Virus record (IMG/VR): IMGVR_UViG_3300037420_002072
Coordinates: 1-43,408 of that record
Direction: 5' to 3' (one strand)
DNA: 43,408 nt
From: a virus
Taxonomy: Duplodnaviria > Caudoviricetes
Both the position numbers and the translations under genes were made by a program. Below, piece after piece: positions 16,816 through 24,104 of the stretch. The first letter of the stretch is position 1; each line of letters opens with the position of its first letter. The notes beneath the pieces were generated by a model. It did no database searches and was not told the DNA's origin. It saw nothing but the letters and a program-made list of their open reading frames with translations.

Positions 16816-17652
16816 ATGAGGAAACTATTGTGGACCGGTGTGGCTGCAATTGCAGTTGTAGCCACCATTTTCCTCTGGCGGCTGAGTCCGCAATGGTTTT
16901 GGGTTGGATGGGAGATCGTAGCTGGAGCGATGTTGTCGGTTGGATGCATAGGCGAGTGGATTCTCATTTCCAGGGAGAAGCCAAAAACGCCAGAGGAAGA
17001 ACTGAAGCACCGGCGAGAGAAGGTGTGCACGATCCTAGTAACGGCTGGCGTGGCTTTGGAATTCCTCGCGCTGTTCCATACAATCCCTGAAGGGATAAAG
17101 CTTGAACGTGACATCGTCGCCATCGAACAAAAAAACTTAATATTGCGCACAAACCTGGTCGCGCTTGAGGAGAAACTGCAACCAAGAACAATTTCAATTG
17201 AACAGCGAAAACGGTTTTTGCAAATAATGGCGGATCGGCCGAAAGGGCCGGCGAGAGTAATGTGCTTAAGCGCGACGGCTGAATCGCACGTGTTTGCTGA
17301 GCAACTTCGAGACCTGCTCGATGATGCGGGTTACAAAACGACAAATGGAGTTCAGATTGAATCTTTCGGGACGGGTTACTACAGAGTTCCAATCGGTGAC
17401 ACAGAGCCTATAGGCGATCTTGCAATCATTGTGTATGGAGAACCGAAAAACTTTGCATGGCCCGGCGCGACATTCGAATGGAAAGGCAGCCAAGTATATT
17501 CACACTTCTCGACAAACGACCTGCGCGAGGTGCCGTTCATAATCGACATGGGACTGAGTCAAATTGGTTTTAAAGTAAACCTTGAAGGGAATCGGGAAGT
17601 TTTGCATCCGAATGAATGGGCCATCCTTGTGCACGAACAGCAGCGGCGATAA
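16816..17652 (+). CDS. Multi-pass membrane protein with a C-terminal soluble domain
   Basis: Three N-terminal hydrophobic segments; LQPRTIS.EQRKRF. Confidence 0.7.
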   Translation: MRKLLWTGVAAIAVVATIFLWRLSPQWFWVGWEIVAGAMLSVGCIGEWILISREKPKTPEEELKHRREKVCTILVTAGVALEFLALFHTIPEGIKLERDIVAIEQKNLILRTNLVALEEKLQPRTISIEQRKRFLQIMADRPKGPARVMCLSATAESHVFAEQLRDLLDDAGYKTTNGVQIESFGTGYYRVPIGDTEPIGDLAIIVYGEPKNFAWPGATFEWKGSQVYSHFSTNDLREVPFIIDMGLSQIGFKVNLEGNREVLHPNEWAILVHEQQRR

Positions 17653-17736
17653 TCGCGCGCTTGAGAATGTGGTTTGATGCGACTCTGGTAACCAATGCTT
17701 GACCGAGTAACCAGTTTTCCTTAATGGTTTCGCGCT

Positions 17737-17767
17737 CGCCCCGCTCTCATGCGGGGCGTTTGTGTTT
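17737..17767 (+). terminator. Intrinsic terminator ending the CI/cargo operon
   Basis: CGCCCCGC-TCTCAT-GCGGGGCG followed by TTTGTGTTT. Confidence 0.7.
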
Positions 17768-17790
17768 AAATTTGCAACGGTTGCAAATTT
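17768..17790. promoter_or_regulatory. Palindromic operator upstream of the late operon
   Basis: AAATTTGCAAC-G-GTTGCAAATTT, perfect 11-1-11 dyad. Confidence 0.65.
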
Positions 17791-17811
17791 GAAAAAGGCA
17801 GTTCCCAAAAT

Positions 17812-18075
17812 TCAGCCGATGCAGGCAATGGCGTCGGGCAAATTCTGAACCGAAGGCGGCTTCATGTTTTCCTCTAGCCCGTGATAGGCGCTGAGCCTGT
17901 CGGGGTTGATGAGGGATGTTCTGTGAATGATCGCAACATGAGGCTGGCTGTTTGGATTTGGGTTACGGGTTTCTGAATGTCCCGCGCAAAGCGGGCTCCT
18001 CATAGCGGTCAACGGAACGGCGCGGCGCGCGCGGCTGCTTAGGAGAGTGGGCAGCAAAGCGGCGCCGCGTGAGTC
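17812..18075 (+). ncRNA. Candidate structured RNA / late-operon leader
   Basis: Nested stems with multiple G-U pairs on the + strand (17858-17945), plus hairpins at 17981-17995 and 18021-18069. Confidence 0.45.
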
Positions 18076-18130
18076 CTCCCTCTTTCCGCTCAATCCCCGA
18101 CGCGCTCAGCGCCAACCGAAAGATGACTCT

Positions 18131-19069
18131 ATGAATAATGCTGTTGAATTCCTGAAGGGCAAAAAGACGTATGGGGTTGCGCTGATCGGCGGATTGTATC
18201 TGCTCGGCTGTTTCGTTGGCTGGTTTCAGTTCGATGAGAAAGTTTGCGCCGCGTTGGGAATCGGATTTGTGGCGACGTTCCGCAGCGCGCTCAATGGAAT
18301 TTTTCCGAAGCCCGAAGCGGTCCAGGGAAATGTTTTAAGCACGCCCGGTTCGAATGGGACCAATGCGACCAATAAGACTGATGGGACGAATGTTATTCCG
18401 CTGCGAGTGATTATTGGGCTCGTTGGAACACTCGCACTCCCGATGATTTTCTCCGGCTGCGCGGCTCTCGATAAAGCGGCGGCGGCGGTGAGTTCACCGC
18501 GATCACACATGGTCACCAATGTCGTAACGCAAGTGGTGACGAATCTTGTTCCAGTGGCTGTGCCGGTGCCAGGCGCGACAGTGGTGCAAACGAATTTTGT
18601 CGATCGCGTCACGACGAACACGATCGAACGGGTGACGACGGTCACGAATTGGGTGGAGAAGGAGTCGATTGCAACAGGTCTGCAGACGGCGAAAACAGGC
18701 GCTGCAATCACCACAGCCGTCGCGCCGCAGTTCGGCGGGCCGGCCACGGCGGGTTTGGGATTGGCGAGCGCTGTCCTGGCCGGATTGGTGGCGTGGAAAA
18801 ATAAAAGGGAAAAGGAAGCGGCATTGTCGGTGGCGAACGCGTCGGCCCAGAACACGCAAATTGCGAATGACAACGCAATGGCATTGCAGGGCATCAACGA
18901 CGATTTAACGGCGCAGTTGCATGCGGTGGTGACCGGCGTCGAGCAAGTGACGACGGCGATCGACGCGAACACCGGGGAGAAAGTGAAGGCGATCATCGCG
19001 AGGGTTTCCAAAGACCAGGGCGTGAGCGATGCGCTGCATGCGACGGTGAAGGCGATCACGCAGTCGTGA
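18131..19069 (+). CDS. Holin-like N-terminus fused to a lipobox-containing membrane protein
   Basis: FLKGKKTY plus two TM helices; internal hydrophobic stretch ending IFSG-C; TN-rich segment; a further TM; first late gene. Confidence 0.6.
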   Translation: MNNAVEFLKGKKTYGVALIGGLYLLGCFVGWFQFDEKVCAALGIGFVATFRSALNGIFPKPEAVQGNVLSTPGSNGTNATNKTDGTNVIPLRVIIGLVGTLALPMIFSGCAALDKAAAAVSSPRSHMVTNVVTQVVTNLVPVAVPVPGATVVQTNFVDRVTTNTIERVTTVTNWVEKESIATGLQTAKTGAAITTAVAPQFGGPATAGLGLASAVLAGLVAWKNKREKEAALSVANASAQNTQIANDNAMALQGINDDLTAQLHAVVTGVEQVTTAIDANTGEKVKAIIARVSKDQGVSDALHATVKAITQS

Positions 19070-19105
19070 TTCCACCCAAGGATTAATTCAACACGTTTCT
19101 CTCTC

Positions 19106-19531
19106 ATGATGTTTGCGGATGCGATCGATGCGGTGAATCCAGCCTGGGGATGGCAGGCGATTTGTTTTCTGATCGCGGCGGTGAGTGTGGTCGCGTCGGT
19201 CGCGCAGATTGCCAACGGGCGGAAATCGCAGCGGCGGGAGGTGTCGCTGGTGGAAGGGATCGCCACGACGGCGGCCCTGGCGGCGGTGAAGCAGGATTTG
19301 GAAGCGAAAGTTTGCGCCGTGGCAAAGGACTTGGGCGCGCTGGAGACGAAGGTCGACGCCGGCCTTGAAAAGTTGGGCGATGAATTGCGCGACTGCGAAA
19401 CGCGAATCACCTCCAAAGGCGAAGAGCGCGTGGTGAAGGTTCATGACCGAATCAACGACGTTCTGCAAGCGGTGTCGCGTCTGGAAGGACGCGTCGAGTC
19501 CTCGCCGGACGGGCCACGGAGGGGAATCTGA
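19106..19531 (+). CDS. Membrane-anchored coiled-coil protein (Mu gp25-like position)
   Basis: One TM helix then a coiled coil ending VHDRINDVLQAVSRLEG. Confidence 0.7.
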   Translation: MMFADAIDAVNPAWGWQAICFLIAAVSVVASVAQIANGRKSQRREVSLVEGIATTAALAAVKQDLEAKVCAVAKDLGALETKVDAGLEKLGDELRDCETRITSKGEERVVKVHDRINDVLQAVSRLEGRVESSPDGPRRGI

Positions 19532-19674
19532 TGACCATCGGCGAACGCAAAGAATGTGATGAGCGGGAATGCGCGATGTGGAATCGCGGCTTCAAGATTG
19601 GCGCAATCCTCGGCGGTTTATTCGGACTGGCGCTCGGCGCGGCGTTCGTCGGCGCGAAGATTCTGTTTTTCTGA
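19531..19674 (+). CDS. 47-aa single-TM glycine-zipper peptide (not in the ORF track)
   Basis: MTIGERKECDERECAMWNRGFKIGAILGGLFGLALGAAFVGAKILFF; TGATG coupling upstream, 2 bp to the next ATG. Confidence 0.6.
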   Translation: MTIGERKECDERECAMWNRGFKIGAILGGLFGLALGAAFVGAKILFF

Positions 19675-19676
19675 TC

Positions 19677-19946
19677 ATGGACAATCTCTCTCTCAAACTC
19701 GATTTGCTGGAAGCGCTCGATGGAATCGGCGCGCACGGCATGCCGCGCAAAACCGCTCGGCAACAAGTGCAGCTCACGGCGCGGCCGACGCCGTCCGCGA
19801 CCGAAGTGGATCACGCGCTCGCGCAATTGGAGGCGGAAAAGTTTGTGGTGAGCGTGCGCGATGAGATGGCGCAGAACAACGCGGACCTGGTCATTTTCAC
19901 AATCACGAATTCTGGAAAGGCGCAACTGCGCGCACGAGGGCGCTGA
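19677..19946 (+). CDS. Winged-helix-like protein (Mu gp26-like position)
   Basis: EVDHALAQLEAEKFV...FTITNSGK; precedes the small terminase. Confidence 0.65.
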   Translation: MDNLSLKLDLLEALDGIGAHGMPRKTARQQVQLTARPTPSATEVDHALAQLEAEKFVVSVRDEMAQNNADLVIFTITNSGKAQLRARGR

Positions 19947-19949
19947 TGA

Positions 19950-20510
19950 ATGAGCAAGCGAAGATCAGACAGCATTCTGTTGCACCTGCCGGAGGAACAG
20001 CAGGCGCAGTTGTGCGAGTGGATGATGAGCGGTGTGCCGGCATGGAAATGCAAGGAGCTGCTCGAAAAGGAATTCGGTGTTTCGTTTCGCTCGCTCTCTG
20101 TCTTCAAGCCGTTCTGGGAGGAAGTAGTCGAGCCGGCGATCAAGGGGAAGTGGGCGCGCGCGGCCGGGACCGCGAATCGATTTGCGCAGGAGATTGCCGC
20201 GCATCCCACGAAGTTCGACGAAGCGACGATCGCGGCCTTGAAACAAAAAGCGTTCGAGCTGGCGATTTCGCCTGGGCAGGACCCGGAAGCGGTGAAGGCA
20301 GTTTTCTCACTCGTGTTGAAGGCAAGGGATCAGGATTTGGACGCGGAGAATTTGAAACTGCAGCGGGATCGATTCGAGTTCGATGCGGCCAGGCGCGCGA
20401 TGGAGGAAGCCGCCAAGATCAAAACGATCGCGGCGGATGGAGCGTTGAACAGCGATCAGAAGATCGCGGCCGTGCGCAAAGTTTTGTTTGGAATTTCACC
20501 ACAGCAGTGA
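19950..20510 (+). CDS. Terminase small subunit (Mu gp27/DUF3486-like)
   Basis: RSDSILLHLPEEQQAQLCEW N-terminus; position before terL. Confidence 0.8.
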   Translation: MSKRRSDSILLHLPEEQQAQLCEWMMSGVPAWKCKELLEKEFGVSFRSLSVFKPFWEEVVEPAIKGKWARAAGTANRFAQEIAAHPTKFDEATIAALKQKAFELAISPGQDPEAVKAVFSLVLKARDQDLDAENLKLQRDRFEFDAARRAMEEAAKIKTIAADGALNSDQKIAAVRKVLFGISPQQ

Positions 20511-22240
20511 AACGGAATAACCACAACGCGAAGGCCGGGGGGATTGAAAGCGCAAAGAGCGGCGCAGAAAACGCCGCATCCCCGGCCACAAATTTAAACG
20601 CAAAGACCGCCAAGACCGCGAAGGCGCAAGCAAGTGGAAGAGGTCCGCGCGGAGCGACGGACCCTACCGACGCACACGCCAAGCAGAAGCTTGGCGATCC
20701 CACCGCGAAGGCGGAGTTGCCGGCGCATCTCGACACGTCGAGCGAGCAAAAGCCGCTCATCAATTTTCGGCCGTATCAGTGGGAGCCGTTTGCGAATCGC
20801 ACCAACGGCATCGAGGTGTGGTGTTGGTCGCGGCAGATCGGCAAGAGCTACACGCTCGCAGCGTGGGCGGTGGATCGATTGCTGACGCGGCCGGGCCGGC
20901 TGGTGACGACCTTGAGCAACTCGAAAGCGAACGGGCAGGAGTTGAACATGAAGGTGGCCGAGGTTTGCGAGAAGCTCGGCCTGGCGCTGAAGGGGGAACG
21001 GCCCGCGCGGAGCGACGGGCCCTACCTTGGGGAATACGAGCAATACGATTTTTCGGAGGATGTGACTTACGAGAGCATGTCTCTGGAAACGCATATCACG
21101 GTGGGGGGGAGGAAGGGACGCATCAAAGTTTTGGCGGCGAGCCCGAGAACGGCGCGCGGATTCTCCGGTGATCTGATTCTCGATGAGTTTGCCTTCCATG
21201 AAAATTCCCAGGCGATCTGGGAAGCGGCTGAGCCGATCATTTCGAGCAACCCGGATTTTCTCTGTCGCATCGCGAGCACGCCCAATGGGAAGCACAACAT
21301 GTTTTATCGGTTGTGCAACGACCCGAGCGTTGTGCTTCGCAAAGTGCCGCGCAGCGAAGCCTTCAAACAAGGGCTGAAGATTTACCATCCGAAAACGCGC
21401 CAGCCGATCACGCCCGACGAGGCGCGCGCGCTGGCCCAGGATAAACGCGCCTACGATCAAAATTACGAATGCCAGTTCGCGGACGAGAACATGGCGCTGC
21501 TCACGTATGAGTTGATCGCGCGCGCGGAGACCGAAGGCGTCGGCGTGATTTGCCAGGGCGAATGGTCAGCGGCGGCAATTGCAAAACTGCGCGCCATCAT
21601 CGGACCGGTTTTTGTGGGCGTGGACGTCGGCCGCAATCGCGATCTCACGGTGATCACGGTTTTGGAGAAGGTCGAAAACGTTTTCAAGATGCGAGCGATG
21701 CTCGAACTGGAAAACATGCGGCTGCCGGATCAGAAGCGCCGTTTAAAAATCGTCGCGGAGCATCCGCATTTCCGCAAAGGCAAAGTCGACATGACCGGGC
21801 TCGGCGTCGGGCTTTTGGAATTTGCGCAGGATGATTTTGGACGCACGCGTTGGGAAGGCGTGAATTTTTCCACGACGGTGCCAGTGACCGCGCGCCTGGT
21901 CGCCGAAGGGCGCAAACAGGAAACGGCGAAGGTCACCGAAGTAATGGCGACCGAAATGCTCGGCGAGTTCGAGGACAACCGGGTGCGAATCATCGCCGAT
22001 GTGGATCTGCGCGAAGATTTGCGGAAGCCGGAACGGATCGTGACGGCAACAGGACGCGTGAGCATCGCGGCGACCCGCGATGAGGCGGGGCATGCCGATC
22101 GGTTTTGGAGCCTGGCGCTGGCGCTATATGCGGCGCGCGGCGGCAACACTGCGTTTGTTTACGGCGCCGTCAAAGGCCCGGAGCGAGGGTCGCCTGAAAT
22201 CAAAGGGCGCATGGTCGAGAGAGGGGGCGGTTGCGTATGA
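20507..22240 (+). CDS. Terminase large subunit (Mu gp28-like)
   Basis: FRPYQ, WSRQIGKS, TARGFSGDLILDEFAFH, STPNG, QNYECQF, GVDVGRNRDLT, DMTGLG, GHADRFWSLALA; GTG start overlaps the terS stop (start uncertain). Confidence 0.93.
   Translation: MKRNNHNAKAGGIESAKSGAENAASPATNLNAKTAKTAKAQASGRGPRGATDPTDAHAKQKLGDPTAKAELPAHLDTSSEQKPLINFRPYQWEPFANRTNGIEVWCWSRQIGKSYTLAAWAVDRLLTRPGRLVTTLSNSKANGQELNMKVAEVCEKLGLALKGERPARSDGPYLGEYEQYDFSEDVTYESMSLETHITVGGRKGRIKVLAASPRTARGFSGDLILDEFAFHENSQAIWEAAEPIISSNPDFLCRIASTPNGKHNMFYRLCNDPSVVLRKVPRSEAFKQGLKIYHPKTRQPITPDEARALAQDKRAYDQNYECQFADENMALLTYELIARAETEGVGVICQGEWSAAAIAKLRAIIGPVFVGVDVGRNRDLTVITVLEKVENVFKMRAMLELENMRLPDQKRRLKIVAEHPHFRKGKVDMTGLGVGLLEFAQDDFGRTRWEGVNFSTTVPVTARLVAEGRKQETAKVTEVMATEMLGEFEDNRVRIIADVDLREDLRKPERIVTATGRVSIAATRDEAGHADRFWSLALALYAARGGNTAFVYGAVKGPERGSPEIKGRMVERGGGCV
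20642..20668 (-). repeat. REP-like family 1 copy in the terL 5' region
   Basis: GGTCCGCGCGGAGCGACGGACCCTACC, with a compensatory stem change. Confidence 0.85.
21000..21026 (-). repeat. REP-like family 1 copy in the terL ATPase domain
   Basis: GGCCCGCGCGGAGCGACGGGCCCTACC, with a second compensatory change. Confidence 0.85.
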
Positions 22241-22259
22241 GGACTAGCCGTCCAGGCCA

Positions 22260-22375
22260 CAAATTAACGCCCCAACGAAGCCGCTTAATTTGCCCTACAA
22301 CGATTTACCCCCACCCGGAAGCGGGAAGTGGGACGGCAAAACGTTTTGCAGAGCCTTGCTGCGCGTTTGCAGAGC
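22260..22375. promoter_or_regulatory. Putative internal late promoter/regulatory region
   Basis: Palindrome GCAAAACGTTTTGC (22336-22349); TTTGCAGAGC direct repeat 21 bp apart (22345, 22366); CAAATTAA...TTAATTTG dyad. Confidence 0.45.
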
Positions 22376-22415
22376 GGTTTGTTAAGAGGGTTAGACCCGC
22401 ATTTGGGGGTGTCGC

Positions 22416-24104
22416 TTGAGTGTCATCACTCAAGAGCGGGCGAAGTGGGCAATCCAAACCCGGTTCAATCCGATTCGCGGGCTGAAGCCGGAACGGCTGG
22501 CGCGGCAGTTGGATCAATACGACCTCGGTTACCTGCGCGAGCCGGCCATTCTTTGGGAGGAGATGGAGGCGCGCGATCTCCTGATCAAAAACGTGGCGGC
22601 CAAGCGGCGCCAGGCAGTGAGCCGCGCGCAATGGGAAGTGCTGACGATCGGGAGTTCGCCGGAAGCATTGCAGCAAAAAGAAGCCCTCGAAGTTTTTTAC
22701 AACAACCTGGTCGCGACCTCGGCGCTCAAATCAAATCTGCGCGGCGGCATGGGCGTGCTGCAACGGCAGATGATGGATGCGACCGGCAAAGGCTTCAGCG
22801 TTCACGACATCGCGTGGAAACCGTTGAAGGGACTCGGCACGCAGCGATCGCTCAATCGCCGTCCGAAAAAAGAAAAGCCACGGCGCGGCACAGGCGGACC
22901 GGCCGGCACGATGGGCGAACCGATTTCAGGCGGACCTGGATTTACAGGCGGCGAATTCCTGACGGCGACGTTCACGCATGTGCCGCTGCAATTTTTCGAA
23001 AACACGACCGGGCGGCTGCGCTTCCTCGAATCAGACTTTGCGTTAACCGGCGCGGAGATGAAGGAAGCGGAATGGCTCGTGACGTGCGCCGATCCGCTGA
23101 TGAAGGCGACATCGATCGCCTACGTTTACAAACATCTGCCGCTGAAATTCTGGGTCGGTTACGCGGAGAAGTTTGGTTATCCGGGCGTGCTCGCGAAAAC
23201 GAACGCGGCGCGTGATTCCAAAGAATGGCAGGAAGCGGAAGCGGCCGTGGCGAGCTTCATGAACGATTGGGGCGCGGTCGTGAATCTGGAAACGATTCTC
23301 GAATTAGTGGAGACCAAAGGCGGCGGCGCAAGCGGTCTGCCATTCCCGGCGCTGGTTGAATATATCGATCGCCAAATCGCGGCGCTCTGGCGCGGCGCGG
23401 ACCTTTCCACGATCAGCCAGGGCAACCAAGGCGTGGGCGCATCGCTGCAGGGCGAAGAAACGAACCTGCTGCAGGAAGATGACGCGGGACTCATCACGGA
23501 AACTTTCTGGGATCAGATCGATCGGCTGGTTTTGCAATTCGTGTTGGGCGTCACCGAGCCGCTCGCTTACGTGAAGATTTTGCCGCCGAAAAAACAGGCG
23601 GTCGACCAGGACATCAAGATCGACGAGTTCCTTTTGAAATGGGGTGTGGAAATGTCGATCGACGACGCGCTGGAACGTTACGGCCGTGGATCGGCGGAGG
23701 CGGGCGATGCGATTCTGCAATTGGCTAATCCGATTGACCCGAACGCGCCTGACCAAACTGGACGGCCCGCAAGCGCGCGGCGCACAGAGGAACTCGACAA
23801 TTCATTGTGGGCGCGAGCGCGAAGGTTTTTCGGTCTGGCCAATCAAGTGAGCCCGGAAGAAAGGCTCAGGACAGCGAAGCGAGAGATTTTGCGGCCCGTG
23901 ATGGATCGCCTACAGGCGATCGGCGCCATGACCGATCGCGACGAACAGCGCGGCGCGTTGACCAGTTTGCTGGCGGAAATGCCGCGCATCAAAGCGCGCC
24001 TGGAAAACGAAGCCGGCGACAGCGAAGTGGCAGCGATTTTGGCGCAAGAGATGAAGGACGCGCTGGTGAAAGGATTTCAAATAAAACGGAAGGAAAAACC
24101 ATGA
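22416..24104 (+). CDS. Portal protein (Mu gp29/DUF935-like)
   Basis: LWEEMEARD, KRRQAV, MMDATGKGFSVHDIAW, W..YAEKFGYP, LVEYIDRQIA motifs. Confidence 0.9.
   Translation: MSVITQERAKWAIQTRFNPIRGLKPERLARQLDQYDLGYLREPAILWEEMEARDLLIKNVAAKRRQAVSRAQWEVLTIGSSPEALQQKEALEVFYNNLVATSALKSNLRGGMGVLQRQMMDATGKGFSVHDIAWKPLKGLGTQRSLNRRPKKEKPRRGTGGPAGTMGEPISGGPGFTGGEFLTATFTHVPLQFFENTTGRLRFLESDFALTGAEMKEAEWLVTCADPLMKATSIAYVYKHLPLKFWVGYAEKFGYPGVLAKTNAARDSKEWQEAEAAVASFMNDWGAVVNLETILELVETKGGGASGLPFPALVEYIDRQIAALWRGADLSTISQGNQGVGASLQGEETNLLQEDDAGLITETFWDQIDRLVLQFVLGVTEPLAYVKILPPKKQAVDQDIKIDEFLLKWGVEMSIDDALERYGRGSAEAGDAILQLANPIDPNAPDQTGRPASARRTEELDNSLWARARRFFGLANQVSPEERLRTAKREILRPVMDRLQAIGAMTDRDEQRGALTSLLAEMPRIKARLENEAGDSEVAAILAQEMKDALVKGFQIKRKEKP

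Noticed and set aside
18226-19416. 396-aa minus-strand ORF
   Set aside because: Antisense shadow of two well-supported + genes in GC-rich DNA; no motifs
19946-20506. N-terminal extension of terL given by the ORF track (764 aa)
   Set aside because: Fully overlaps the small terminase in another frame; the GTG at 20507 or a later start is more plausible
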